A stretch of 64,000 nucleotides of DNA from positions 20,398,001-20,462,000 of the forward strand of contig NC_043013.1 of the NCBI RefSeq assembly GCF_006345805.1, in the 5' to 3' direction. Shown here in pieces: positions 26,906-41,495 of the stretch. Each line of letters opens with the position of its first letter. The stretch's first letter is position 1. A model generated the notes under the pieces. It was not told the origin of the DNA, did not search any database, and saw only the letters and a program-made list of their open reading frames with translations. This stretch comes from Octopus sinensis. Lineage: Eukaryota. Position numbers and translations under genes: made by a program.

Positions 26906-27691
26906 CGTGGGTGTGTGGTAAGAGACTTGCTTCCAAGCCACATGGTTTTGGGTTCAATCCCACTGCGCGGCACCTTGAGCAAGGGTATTTTATTATCGTC
27001 TCGGACCGACCAAGGTGGAATGAGTGGATTCAGTAGACAGAAACTGAAAGAAACCCGTCGTATGTGTGTGTGTGTGTGTGCGTGCGCGCTTGTTCCCCAT
27101 CACCGCTTAACAACCGGAGTTGGTGTGTTTACGTCCTTATAACCATAGCGGTTCGGCAAAAGAGACCGGTAGAATAAGAACCATGCTTAAAAATAGTAAG
27201 CACTGGGATCGATTTGTTCGACAAAAATTCTTTAAGGGGGTACCCCAGCATGGCCGCAATCAAATGATAGAAACAAGTAAAAGATAAAAAATACAAAAGG
27301 AAATAACTCTTTTACTTGTTTCAGTCATTTGACTGTGGCCATACTGGAGCAATGCCTTTAGTCGAGCAAATCGACCCCAGGATTTATTCTTTGTAAGCGT
27401 ATCGGTCTTTCTTGCCGAACCACTAAGTTACCGGGACGTAAACATACCACCATCGGTTGTCAAGCAATGTTGGGGAGACAAACATAGACACACAAACATA
27501 CACATACACATATATATATACATATATACGACAGGCTTCTTTCAGTTTCCATCTACCAAATCCACCCACAAGGCTTTGGTCAGCCTGAGGCTATAGTAGA
27601 AGACACTTGCCCAAGGTGCCATGCAGTGGGACTGAACTGGGAACCATGTGGTTGGTAAGCAAGCTACTTACCACACAGCCACTCCTACGCC
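26906..27691. mobile_element. Two SINE family B copies arranged tail-to-tail
   Basis: Plus copy 26906-27288 and minus copy 27305-27691. Confidence 0.9.
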
Positions 27692-28139
27692 TATATACTG
27701 AAATAAATCACAAACATAGACCGAGATACACGGAAGCAGTGATATACTTAATGAATAATACAAACATTATAATTGCAATGATCTTCGCGGAGAAAGAAAA
27801 GAAAAACCTCCTTCGCTGGCGGCTTTAGCTTTAAATCTAAGTTTATTATAAGATTAAGCTAAAATACAATGTGTTATATTTGCTTAATATAGAATTAACG
27901 CGATTTAACGCTGCTTTGATGTTTAAAAATGAAACAAGGAATTCGTTTAAGAGTTGAATAAAAATTTGTTTAATTTGTTTCCCGTATTGTTGCATAACAA
28001 GATCATTGTATCGTTTCTTGCTTGTTTACAATCAATTTCCCGAAAAAGAAGCTTTGAAAATACATAGCGTTAATAATATTAATATTAAAATTAATAATAA
28101 TGAGTAATTATTATTGGTATTAGTAACAGCAGCAATAGA

Positions 28140-28355
28140 AATAACAACAACAATAATAATAATAATATTAATAATAATAATAATAATAATAATAATGATG
28201 ATGATGATGATAATAATAATGATGATGATGATGGTCATGATCATGACGATGATCATGATCATGATGGTGATGATTATGATGATGATGATGATGATGATGA
28301 TGATGGTGATGATGATCGTGATGATCATGATGATGATGATGATGATGGTGATAAT
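28140..28355. repeat. (AAT)n/(GAT)n trinucleotide tract
   Basis: Direct reading. Confidence 0.95.
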
Positions 28356-28699
28356 ATTAATAGTGGGAAGAAATTACTAATTTGCTGAATACATAGTAAA
28401 CAGAATTTAAAAAAAATTATTCATTTTTAGAAATTTTGCCACGTGTGGTTTAGCATTCGAAGGAAGTGAATACCCATCGTAAAGCGTGACGACGGCACGA
28501 GGGAAATTTCTCGAAATTTAGAAACAAATTTTAATGATATAAATTGTTTTTTTTTTTGTTTTAATGCAGGAATTTCATTGTGAAGAACAACAAAACAAAC
28601 AGAAATATATAAAAAAAAATTCCAATTGTGCTGTTATTATTTTTTTAATATTACGAATGCTTTACAGAGACAACAGTAATAGCGACAACAACAATGATA

Positions 28700-29961
28700 A
28701 TGATTTCAAATATTTGTATGTATTGAGAGAAATTTTGGGGGATTTGAATAATTCACCTCTGAAAACAAGGGTGTTTCATTCAACATCCTTATATAAACCT
28801 TATTCAGGGACTTTTTGAGCGGTTCTATATGTGACTGTTTAATTATACCCTGTACAAAAGAAGCCTTGGAACTGTCTGAATTTATAAAGAGGCCGTATTG
28901 TGGGTCATTCTGAAGGTGGACATAGCGTAAAATCGAAGAAAACCTTGGGATCCCGCTTTCTACCGTTAACAGAGTGATTGTGCAATTCATTTGAGAGGGG
29001 AAGGAGTCCACACCACTTCGCCCAAATCAACCAGAGCCATCTGACAGGACCCTTCTCTTTGTTAAGAGAAGTGTGGAGGATGATCCACGTTGCAAGGCCT
29101 CTGAGATAGCAGAAGTTGATGTCAGTCCCAGAGCAGCTGTCAGGTATCTCCACGAACTTGGTTATTGTGGCAGAGCAACAAGAAGGGTGCCACTTCTTCG
29201 ACCAGCCAACATCAAGCGGAGAAAAGATTAGGTCAGTGAGAAAGTGGAGAGGCTACTAGCATTTTGGGACACTTTCATATTCTCTGATGAGTCCAGGTTT
29301 GCTGTATTTTCTGACAGTGTTTGAGTGTGGGTCTGCAATCTCTGTGATCAAGGATTTGATGTGAAAATATTGCAGCCAACAATGAAACACGGCAGCAATT
29401 CTGTGATGATCTGAGGGGGGGGGGAAATTTGGAGCAATGGTTGATCAGAACTTGTGGATCGTGAGAGAAACGTAAACTCAGATAAATATGTGTCCATATT
29501 GTAGAAAGGATTCCTTCCACTCTCCTCTAGTGCTGACATGATTAAAGAAGACCCTTTATTTATGGAAGATGGAGCTCTTTGTCACACGGCTAAAATGACC
29601 CAAGATTTGTTGGATGAAAATGGCACTGAAAAGCTTCCATGGCCAAGCAAGTCACCGGGTATGAACCCTATTGAACACCTCGGGGACATAATGGACAGGA
29701 CACTTCATAGAAAGAACAAGAAAGCATCCTCAAAGTCAGATCTTTTGAGAATACTGCATGAAATTTGGCAAGAAATTCCGCAAGAGCATATTCGTCATAT
29801 GGTCAGTAACATGCTTAATAGGGTCCTTCCATTGAAAAAGGCAAAGGACTTGTCTACTAAATATTAAATATTCACATTATAACAATTAATAAATAATTTG
29901 AATGTATAATTTCAGATTTAAATAAATTTTAATGATTATATGGGTATTTATTTACTTTTGC

Positions 29962-29968
<7 letters not shown>
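28700..29968 (+). pseudogene. Tc1-like transposon relic, DD34E
   Basis: LGIPLSTV (HTH), FIFSDESRF, FMEDGALCH...WPSKSPGMNPIE with 34-residue spacing, GLSTKY-like end (DLSTKY*). TIR-like TACTTTTGCCATG at the 3' end. Confidence 0.85.
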
Positions 29969-29994
<26 letters not shown>

Positions 29995-29997
<3 letters not shown>

Positions 29998-30398
29998 CTC
30001 TTTACTCTTTTACTTGTTTCAGTCATTTGACTGCGGCCATGCTGGAGCACCGCCTTTAGCCGAGCAAATCGACCCCGGGACTTATTCTTTGTAAGCCCAG
30101 TACTTATTCTATCGGTCCCTTTTGCCGAACCGCTAAGTTACGGGGATGTAAACACACCAGCATCGGTTGTCAAGCAATGCTAGGGGGACAAACACAGACA
30201 CACAAACATATACACACACACTTATATATATATATACATATATACGACAGGCTTCTTTCAGCTTCCGTCTACCAAATCCACTCACAAGGCATTGGTCGAC
30301 CCGGGGCTATAGCAGAAGACACTTGGCCAAGATGCCACGCAATGGGACTGAACCCGGAACCATGTGGTTGATTAGCAAGCTACTTACCACACAACCAC
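29995..30398 (-). mobile_element. SINE family B, near consensus
   Basis: Tail (TACTCTTT)2 ACTTGTTTCAGTCATTTGACTGCGGCCATGCTGGAGCACCGCC through to the head. Confidence 0.9.
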
Positions 30399-31310
30399 TA
30401 TAGTATAAATAACATATATATTATATATGCATATATACATACGTATATGTACATACTTACATGTATACGTATATACATATGTGGGCACAGGAAGTCGCAA
30501 AAAAATTTACAACAAAACATACGAAGTACGAGGACATGGAATATGAACTTTTTTGCGAGCAACGAAAGAAACAAATGGAAAACAAGACAAACAACACAAA
30601 GGATGACCCTTCATTAGTTGTCGGATGTTTTGCTAATCCGTATTTCGAGCATTTCACGACGAGTTACATAAACGAGGTTGTGGTGGCGAACGCGAAGAAA
30701 CAAGCTTGGGCAGGAGACAAACAAGAATACGTCTTCCTTGTCCAGCTGCAACAGGAAGAAAGAAAGAAATACAAGTTAGAAGAAAGAAAAATAAACGACG
30801 GTCACGTGGGAGCCACGCGAGCAAAGGAGGAAGAGTGAGGGAGAGAGAGTGACAGACAGAACTGTGAAGGTGAGACAAAATGATTTGGAGATAGGATAAG
30901 AAAGAAAAAAGAGAGGGAGAAGTGGAGGTAGAAGAATAAGAGAAAGGACGAGAGAAAACGAAAGAGTAAAAGGATAGAATAGTGGGAGAAGAGGAGGTAA
31001 AAGAATAAGAGAAAAGAAGAGAGTAAAGAACGAAAGAGTAATAGGAAGAATGGAGAGTCGCATCAGAATTACTAAGATAAAACTTACTTGGAAAAGGATG
31101 TGTGGCGTTCAATTATATAATAATATGAATAATATATATATATATATATATATGTATATTTGAAAATAGAAAAAATAATGACTTCACGGGCAGTTGTAAT
31201 CAGTTTAATATTATTAAAAAATTAAAAGAATAATAAATTAAACTAATTAGAACCACCAGTTTCTGTTTTTCAAATATATCTAACAGTACCAAGGATCCCT
31301 CAAAGTTTCA

Positions 31311-31373
<63 letters not shown>

Positions 31374-32015
31374 AACAATGCAATCATTGCATCAATTTAA
31401 ATGCAGAGCAATCTTCAGCTGCATAAAGACATAAAATTTAATTAAATTAAAACAGATGGACGCATTAGTATAATTTTACCTAAAATCTCCAAGAAGGTAA
31501 GGAGATAGACAAAGAACATGCTGCCTTCACTTCAGTTTAGAAGCTACAAAGGTTTCAGGAAGAAAGACTTGTTACAGATTTTTACTTGTCTTTTTTATGG
31601 GGTCATCATTAATTTATAGACTAATTTTATCAAATCCTTTTATATCTAAGGCCGAGAGAACAAGGGGCAATGCCTGTTAGGGGTAGGGCTGAGGGAGTCG
31701 ACAGAAATCATAGTAGGTATAGTTATAAAAACCAAGATTTATTAGTAGCAATATCATGAGATTTGGTAAAGGAAATCTTAAATCAAGACGTTAGCTTACC
31801 ATTAAAGGGGCGGCCACTAGCAGACCATTGATAATGAAACAGGGGAAATCTTATCATGTAGTACTATAGTTAAATATTTTAAACAATGTTACTATATTGT
31901 ATACAGTTAAAGTTTAGGGTTATTCAGAGGATTATTAAGAAGAAGAATTATAACAAAAGGATATAACCATATATATATGCATATATATATATATATATAT
32001 ATAATATAGATATAT

Positions 32016-32079
<64 letters not shown>

Positions 32080-32401
32080 GCAATTATGTGGAGTCCTACA
32101 GCTGTCGAACTTATAACACTTTTAATTTTTGTCTATTGTTTGTACTCTGTGTAAGTTGGATCTATTAATGTAAATATCTATATATTTATACTTAAATATC
32201 CATCGTATGACAGTCTTGAATTTTTACTTTCTGTCGTTGTATTTCATATCCAAAATCTAAGATGCTATATTCAACATATCTAATTAGCCATTCTTTACCC
32301 TGTGGAATTGATTCCCTGAAAAGACATCGGAGTATAAGTTTGAATCATTCGAACTCTCAAAATGACTTCTATACTAAGAATCTTTGAATTTCTTCTGTTG
32401 A

Positions 32402-32448
<47 letters not shown>

Positions 32449-32557
32449 ACACACACACACACAAACAAACAAACACCAGCAGTATCAGCTCCTGGCTGTG
32501 ATGAATAAACTTAGTTGTAATTAGTTACAAACATTTTAACTAACCTACACCTTGTAT

Positions 32558-32593
<36 letters not shown>

Positions 32594-33229
32594 TGTGTTC
32601 AATACTTGGTTGTCTACAACATTTGGGTACAAGCAATATTTCGTTGTCCACAATACTACTATCCGAAACTATTATTCTTTTACTGTTATTTGGAAAATTC
32701 TATCATTGCGTGAAAAATATGTAAAAATGGTAAAATCCTGCACAATAATTTAGCATAAATATGAATTTGGAAACAGAAGCTAGAGGAATAAGGCAGAAAA
32801 TCTAAAAACAAAAACGGAAAAACCGATTCCAGTTTATTAAATTGATTGATTCTTGCAGGCAAATTATGGAGATTTCTGAGATATCAGGGCAATTGACATA
32901 TAATGGTTATGTTATATAATAACTAGTAGATTCGATTCGGCACACACATGCACACATACATACACACACTCATGTGAATCTATCTATCAATATATATGTG
33001 TGAGGTGGTGGTGGTGGTGGTTGGGTGGGTGTATGCACGTGTATATGTAAGTGTATAGGCATGTATATATATATATATATATGCATATATGTATATAAAG
33101 ATGTATGGATGCGTACATGTATGGTTTGTATGCATAGATTGTTCCCCATATGCGTATACGCATATATTGTTTGCACACATACATATAGATACAAGAATGC
33201 ATCTGTTTACACAGACACATAGATAAATG

Positions 33230-33516
33230 AAATCGTATATATTATGTGTGTATATCTATAAATACATATATATATATACATATATACATTACATATATAC
33301 ATACATATATATATATACATATATACATACATACTATATATATATATATCTATATATATATACATATATACATACATATATACATACATATTATATATAT
33401 ACATAATATACATACATATATATAATGTATATATATATATAACATTATACATACATATATTATATATATATATGAGATATATACATGTATATATATTTAT
33501 GTATGTATATATATAC

Positions 33517-33549
<33 letters not shown>

Positions 33550-34084
33550 TATATATGCATGTATATATATACATATATATATGTATATATATACATATGT
33601 ATATGTATATACATACATACATATATATATATCTATGTATATATGTATATGTATATACATACATATATATATATATCTATGTATATATGTATATGTATAT
33701 ACATACATATATATATATATCTATGTATATATGTATATGTATATACATACATATATATATATATCTATGTATATATGTATATGTATATACATAATAATAT
33801 ATATATATCTATGTATATATATATACATACAGATATGTATATATATATATATATATATACATATATGTATATATATATATACATACATATATGTATATAT
33901 ATATACATTCATATATGTATATATATATATACATACATATATATATATTACATACATATATATATGTATATATATATATATTAATTACATATATGTATAT
34001 ATATATACATACATATAGTATATATATATACATACATATATGTATATATACATACATATATAACATATACATACATATATATAC

Positions 34085-34117
<33 letters not shown>

Positions 34118-34175
34118 CATATACATACATATATATATACATATACATACACACACACATATATATATGACTATA
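33230..34175. repeat. ~950-bp compound TA/TG/CA microsatellite with internal ~44-bp higher-order repeat
   Basis: ATATCTATGTATATATGTATATGTATATACATAC(AT)n recurs 4-5 times at 33615-33820. Confidence 0.9.
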
Positions 34176-34568
34176 GAATTTAATGGTATATAGTTATGTG
34201 TGTATGCATGTGTGTGCATATAGATACATATGTCCATATATAAGTATATATTTGTATTTGTCTATCTATCTATGCATTTAGTGATACATACATAATATAT
34301 ACATGCACACATACACACGCACACATACATACACACATACATATATACACACATACATGCATACATACACATTACAGGAACAAATGCAAACTGCTAATCG
34401 AACAACAAAGCGTAACCTCAAAATTACGTTTGTATTTCAATGGTCTCTGAATCCAATAGATTTTCGCATTAATGTTGGACAAACAAGGGGGAAATTCTGA
34501 GCTAACTGTATACTTTGACCACCTCTGTCTGGCTCTCTTTTACCATTCTCTGGCATATCTATCCATCC

Positions 34569-34666
<98 letters not shown>

Positions 34667-34975
34667 TTGTCTGTCTGTCTATTTGTCTGTCTTGTCTGTC
34701 GATCGGTGTACATAGAGAGGCAAATACATATTATACACATATATTTATATATTTACATACATAATTTGTAAAGATATATACATATATATAGATAGATAGA
34801 TTTAGACATATATACATGCATATACATGTATATATATATACTTATAGGTATATATGTGTATATACATATATATATATATGTATATCCCTATATATATGTG
34901 TGTGTTTTGTGTGTGGGCGTGGTGTGTGTATGCACCTCCCATGCACACGCTTTCACAATTGTCAACTCACACCCC

Positions 34976-35029
<54 letters not shown>

Positions 35030-35170
35030 ATATATAGTATATATATACACGTACACATATATAATACAATATATATATATGTATATTATATATACATACG
35101 TACACATATATATACACATATATATATATTATATTTCATATATATATCATAATGCATGTATATACATACG

Positions 35171-35216
<46 letters not shown>

Positions 35217-35979
35217 TACACAATATACACACACACATCTATATTATATGAAGCATATAAAATATATTCATTGTATTATTATAAAGTTTGTCAGAGACCG
35301 AGAATAATCTGAATGTGTTATTTATTATAGAATAACAGAATAATAGAATATTTAAGCGATATTCCAGAACAAAATCGTTTCAAATCTGATTCCAATGTCT
35401 TCAAACAGAACACCAAACATTTATCATGGAACCATTAGAATGGTAATACAATATGTGCTTCTGTAGCTATTCAGAGAATAGGAACATTCTTATTGAAGCA
35501 CCATCAAATGTCTGAGGCAAAAACAACGAGTATCTTGGTTTCCAAATTGGAATTCATATAATAATGATGATGATGATGGAGATGACGATGATGGCGATGA
35601 TGATGATCATTTCTACTAAAGGCACAAGGCCTGAAATTTTGGGGTCCCAGTGTTTCAGTGGTACTTAATTTATCGACCTCGAAAGGATGAAAACAAAGCC
35701 GACCTTGGCGGAATTTGAACTCAAAACGTATAAACGGACGTAATGCCGCTAAGAATCTTCTACCTTACTTATTATAATAGTAAAAAGAAGAACAACTACA
35801 ACAAGAGTAACAACGGTAGCAACAATAACGATAATGGTTTCAAATGTTGACACAACGCCAGTAAGTTCGGGGAAGGGGAAATCGATTACAGTGACCCCAA
35901 TGCTTAACTTCTACTTGTTTTATCCACCTCGAAATGATTTAAGACGGATGAAATCCCGCAAAGCATTTTCCAGATGTGC

Positions 35980-36030
<51 letters not shown>

Positions 36031-36049
36031 TAGTTGTAGTAGTAGTAGT

Positions 36050-36086
<37 letters not shown>

Positions 36087-36444
36087 GATCTCAAGGAATG
36101 ATAAAAAAGGTACTGAAATCTATTTAAAAATCATACAGGAAGTGCAAAAGATCGTGTTAACTGAAAGGGCTCATGTACTGAGAAGAGAATTATCGCTGTG
36201 AAAACAACATCCGTTCATGAATTTATTTCTTTATTAATTTTTTTAAAATACATATTTTTACCCGTGAATTTGCGCGGGAATGCATATAATGAGCTTCTCT
36301 GCCCTAAGTGTACGGAAAACACTCGGCGAGAAATGGAAGGAAATTTGAAGAAAGAAGGAAAAAAAAATAATAATGACTATGACGACGACGACAACAACGA
36401 CCACAATGATGATGATGATGATGATGATGACGATGAACACATTT

Positions 36445-38830
36445 TTAAATAGTTGAATTGAGACAGGAAATATTGCTGAATGGATGACGAAAAGTAGGAC
36501 GATTTTGATAAAGATGTAAAGAAAGGAAATATTGCAAGTAACTATCGACCAATGACCTATTTATTTATTGCCCACAAGGGGCTAAACACAGAGAGGACAA
36601 ACAAGGACAGACAAACGGATTAAGTCGATTAGATCGACTCCAGTGCGTAACTGGTACTTATTTAATCGACCCCGAAAGGATGAAAGGCAAAGTCGACCTC
36701 GGCGGAATTTGAACTCAGAATGTAACGGCAGACGAAATATCTATTTCTTTACTACCCACAAGGGGCTAAACACAGAGAGGACAAACAAGGACAGACAAAG
36801 GGATTAAGTCGATTATATCAATCCCAGTGCGTAACTGGTACTAATTTAATCGACTCCAAAAGGATGAAAGGCAAAGTCGACCTCGGCGGAATTTGAACTC
36901 AGAACGTAGCGGCAGACGAAATACCGCTAAGCATTTCGCCCGGTGTGCTAACGTTTCTGCCAGCTCGCCGCCTATCGACCAGTGACCTGCCTGCCACTGA
37001 TGTTTAAGTGGCTAACCGGTGTTATTGCAAAGGCTCTATTCATATAAGTATCTTGAGGAAGCAGATCTCCTGCTAAAGGAACAGAAAGGATGCAGAAAAG
37101 GTTCTAAAGAGGCAAAGGACCTGTAATATTATTCTGCGAATTAAAATCAGGTAGGAACATTTAGCAACAGAGTGAATTGAGTACCAAAAGTCATAGAATA
37201 ATGTGAGACATTTATGGATCCTAGAATGCCTCAAGATATTTCGGATAGCTGAGAATGCTGTCCAGCTCTTACAAAACAGTAAACCAAAATGGAGAACTAT
37301 AAGCAAGGAATATTCCAAGGTGGTACACTCTCATCATTGTCATTCGAGGTTGTTCATATTCCTCTCACATTGACCTTGAGAGAGGCTAAATCATGCTACC
37401 GATTTGGCAGTGGTGAGAAAATAAACCATCTCGTGTTTATGGACGACCTGAAATTATTTGTCAAAAGTGAGAAAGTTTTAGATTCATTGGTTCAGACTGT
37501 TAGAGAGTTGCGAGTGATCACGTTGGTATAGAGTTTTGGAATAGATAAGTGTGCGATGCTAGTAGTAAGGAGAGGAAAAATATCCAAGTCAGAAGGGATT
37601 AATGTCTTACGAGACATGAATCAAAGCAATGAATGAGGGTGACATCCACAAGTATTTAGATGTTTTGGAGTCAGGTAGAATTCTCTGTCAAGAAATGAAA
37701 GAAAATGTGAGTAATGAATTTGTCAGCAGCATAAAAAGGTGCTAAGCTCGAAACTGAATGGCGAGAAAATATCCCTGCAGTAAATACATGGGAGGTGTGT
37801 ATAACATAATATTCTGTTACTTTCCTGGACAGGTCAAAGAAAGAAGTAAGAGACATAAACTATAAAACCAGAAAAGACGATGTCCGTGTGCAGGTCGTCA
37901 CCTTCTCGAGACAGAGGTGATAGGTTTTATCATGGAAGAAGGTGGGGGAGAGGACGGATAACAATTGAAGCAAGCGTAGAGATTGTGAGACGCGATAAAA
38001 ATAAGAGTATATGGAAATTAACACAGAAAGACTGATTCCAGCTGCCAGTGGAGAAGAGAAAGAAGCTGTGGAGGGTTGCAATGGAATACAAGAAAAGAAG
38101 ATAACCGGAGACATAAAAAAAAAAGCATCTGGGAAAAGAACTATACGACCAGCATCTCATAAAAATGCAGGATGTCGCAGCAGATGAGTCTTGGTTATGA
38201 TTGAAGAATGGAGAACTAAAGAAAAGAACGGAAGAACTCATAATGGCAGTTCAAAGCCAGTAATTTTGAACTAAGGCAAAAATAGACAAAACTGCGAAAA
38301 GTGCTGAGTGCAGTATACGCAATGAGAAAGAGTAATCCGCTGTTCACATAATACGTTCCTATAGTCCTTTGGTACAGTGACCAAGGCACTACATAGGGAC
38401 ACATTACAGCAAAGAGGATTTGAAGTAGGAAGAAAATTGTGCTAACATCATCAACCCGTGTGTAATAGAGAATGATCAGTCTTATGGGATTTTACTCGAA
38501 CTTCAAGGAACGATATTATCAACCCTCGACAAGCGGGTAAAACGTGAATAGATGTGACTATGTCTTCGGACATTAATATAGCGATCGAAGAAGAGGAGAA
38601 AATTGGAAAATACCAGCATCTGGCTAGAGAAATGCGAAGACTATTAAGGGTTTCTACAAAAGTAATCCTAGTTGTTACAGGTGCCCTAGGTACCGTCACC
38701 AACAGACTTGGCAGTTTCCTTATTCAAATTAGTGCAACTACGAGAGTTGCATTAATTCAGAAACTTGCTCTTTTGAGAACAGACAGGATTGCAAGGAAGG
38801 TCCACGATACCTAAAGGAATTGGTTGCGAC
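36445..38830 (+). pseudogene. Degenerate R4/Dong-type non-LTR retrotransposon (RT plus restriction-like endonuclease)
   Basis: ASNYRPMT|CLP, KQGIFQGGTLS, INHLVFMDDLKLF, FGIDKCA, C-terminal EKIGKYQHLARE...VVTGALGTV...IQKLALLRT. A separate short R4 C-terminal piece lies at 36085-36200. Confidence 0.85.
36559..36971 (-). mobile_element. SINE family A, head-to-tail dimer inserted in the R4 RT region
   Basis: 17-bp TSD CTATCGACCA(A/G)TGACCT at 36542-36558 and 36972-36988; junction at ~36740. Confidence 0.9.
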
Positions 38831-38942
38831 TCGGTATCAAAGTCATTAATTTTGAATGTAACACAATCGTGCATACCGCGGACGATATAACATCGACTAA
38901 ACACCATCCTCCTGAAACTGCTGGCCAGGGACCTAAATCGTG

Positions 38943-38944
38943 AT

Positions 38945-38988
<44 letters not shown>

Positions 38989-39186
38989 CCATTGTCATAA
39001 TAATAATGATGATGGCAATGATGATGATCATGGTGTTGGTGGTGGTGGTGGTATTGGTGTTGTTGGTGGTGTTGGTGGTATTGGTGGTGTTGGTGGTGTT
39101 GGTGGTGGTGTTGGTGGTGTTGGTGATGGTGTTGTTGTTGGTGGTGTTGGTGGTGTTGGTGGTGTTGTTGTTGGTGGTGGTGGTGA
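38943..39186. repeat. (CAT)n / (GGT,GTT)n tract
   Basis: Direct reading. Confidence 0.95.
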
Positions 39187-40329
39187 TTACGATTTATGTC
39201 CCTGGGCAGCGATTACAAGAAGATAGTGTTAGCTGATGATTTCGACCACAATATTTGACGAGTAAAAGAAATTAATTTCCCCATCCATTACCGTATGTTT
39301 TGACAAACATTGGGTGACGGATTTCTTTGTCCATTACTAAAGAAAGTATTAGTGTAATTAGTTTAATATAATTAGTGTAGTATAATACAGTGTAACATAA
39401 ACCACACTGTATCATCATTTCTCATGTAAATTAGACCATATCCGTTTACTAGTATCATTAACTGGAAGCTATTCTTTTGCTATCTTCTACATTTATATCA
39501 TTCAAGTTTTGCTGCAGACTCTGTAACTTTACATTGTATCTATGTAATTGTTGACTCTTTAAATTTAGTTTAACAGTCTGCTCTAGCACAATCGATTTTA
39601 TAGTGTACAAACACTGTTTTCTCGCTCGTTATTCAGTTTCACTTTTCACACGACTTTTCAGACAATATAAAATTGTATGGTTTTTTCATTAGCTGATAAA
39701 AATTAGCGATTCCATTTCTCTTTCCAGGTCTTCTAAAATCAAAGGCGAACACAGCCATCGAGGTTTTCTTCTAGCAACAGTGTATTCTGATGTTCTGGAA
39801 TGTATTATTCGATGATAAAAAAATAGATTATGTTTTGAGGAATGTGTAGTAGGGAGACGGAGACTAACTATTATGTATGTTTGTAGGTATGCATGTATGT
39901 ACATATTTACAGATATTTTGTTGGATGGCCGTTGACTGCTCACGAGTTCCTTCGCCTTTTGACGGGTCTTATTTTTCATCCCGCAGGGTGTCCAACAACA
40001 CCCTCCACACCAAGCAAGCCTGGTGAGGTTACCAGTTTAGTCGCCGACGATCCGACCATGCGACAGGTTGTACTGGATTACATGTTACCAGTAGCACTCA
40101 AGAGCGACCTGACACTCGAACACTCTATGAAGGGATCAAATATCACTCCGTTGACCAACGCGGAATAGCTCATTCATACATAAAAAAAATGAAAAAAAGT
40201 AGGATATGTGATTTGCAAATATAAATAAGAATTAAATATAAATAATACATATAAATATAAAAAAAGTCAAAGACATGCAATTTAAAAACATAAATAAAGA
40301 TTTAACTATAACTAATATATATATATGTA

Positions 40330-40495
40330 CTTTATTTAAAGCAACAGAAAATTCAACAAAACCTGTTACTCTGAGTTTCCCGTTGCCGTTCATCGGACAG
40401 TTTTTGCTAGCATTCTAGCAAAAACTGTCCGACGAACGACAACGGGAAACTCAGAGTAACAGGTTTTGTTGAATTTTCTGCTGCTTTAAATAAAG
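40330..40495. repeat. 166-bp near-perfect palindrome with a hammerhead variant on each arm
   Basis: 81-bp arms (40330-40410, 40415-40495) with a 4-nt spacer. Arm reads CTGT CCGA(T/C)GA ACG.CAACGG GAA ACTC A GAGT A ACAG. Confidence 0.9.
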
Positions 40496-40564
40496 CATAT
40501 TACTCTACCACTGGTATTTGAGTACTCTTTTTTCCACCTTGTTTCACATTTATGTGTTTACTCC

Positions 40565-40618
<54 letters not shown>

Positions 40619-40673
40619 GACATATATATATATACATATAGGAAAAAAGTAGATACATATTTACAGATATTTT

Positions 40674-41095
40674 GTGGTCAAACAATCTTCAAGTAAAAAT
40701 AAACATAAGCATCTTTTGAATTTCGCTTGTTGGAATGTGCGCACACTTCTTGGTGATAATTTCAACAAGAGGCCGCCAGAAAGGCGTACTGCACTTATTG
40801 CATGTGAGCTCAAGAAATATTCCCTTGATGTAGTTGCACTCTCCGAAACTCGTCTCTCTGGCGAGGGTCAAGTAAATGAACCTACTTATGGATACACTGT
40901 CTTTTGGAGAGGCCTACCTAAGGGTCAGCGTAGAGAATCTGTTGTTGGGTTGGCTCTCAAGAATACATCAGTATCCTCCATTGCAGAGCTTCCAAGTGGT
41001 ATAGCTGAGCGGATCGTGTCATGCCGTATTAAACTGACAAAAGGTAGGCTTCTTACCGTTGTCAGTATTTATGCCCTACTCAGTTTCCCTATACA
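40674..41095 (+). pseudogene. RTE-clade LINE 5' fragment: APE endonuclease N-terminus
   Basis: CWNVRTLL...PERRTALIACELKKYSLDVVALSETRLSGEGQ..E...GYTVFW.G...TVVSIYA. 39906-40170 may be its 5' UTR. Confidence 0.9.
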
Positions 41096-41388
41096 ATGGC
41101 GAGTCAGAAAGTAATGTAATTTTTGCTTTTATTACTTTCTGATTCAACCCAAAACATTTTGAGGAGACTCTGTATACACACACACACTGTTTATTTATAT
41201 ATATATATATATATATATGAAAAGAGAGAGAGAGTGAGAGAAATAAATAGATAGACAGATGTGTGTGTTGAGTGTACATATTTTATATGTGTGTATGCGC
41301 GTGTGTGCTTGTTTAAGCAGTATTTCCGCTGGTATGGACAATTAAAAAATTTTCCACCTGAAATATTTCATTTGTCGTAACCTTACAG

Positions 41389-41495
41389 CAGAAGTAGCAA
41401 CGATGACAACGGGAGCAAGACTAACAGTTTATAATGGGCCAAACGGTATTTTCATAGATAACTCTAAGCCAGAGAGATTAAAGATAATCTTCCAG
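41389..41495 (+). CDS. Candidate internal exon (A)EVATMTTGARLTVYNGPNGIFIDNSKPERLKIIFQ
   Basis: Acceptor TTTGTCGTAACCTTACAG| and strong donor CCAG|GTAAGC. 107 nt, phase 1 in and phase 0 out, no stop. Confidence 0.6.

Noticed and set aside
29284-29300. CTGATGAGTCC resembling a hammerhead core
   Set aside because: It is the SDES codons of the Tc1 transposase; there is no stem II/GAAA partner.
32310-32395. CTGAAAAGAC followed by a long hairpin
   Set aside because: The core is mutated and GAAA/stem III are missing.
39906-40030. HDV-like ribozyme in the putative RTE 5' UTR
   Set aside because: RTE elements can carry these, but I could not assemble a consistent P1-P4 double pseudoknot by eye.
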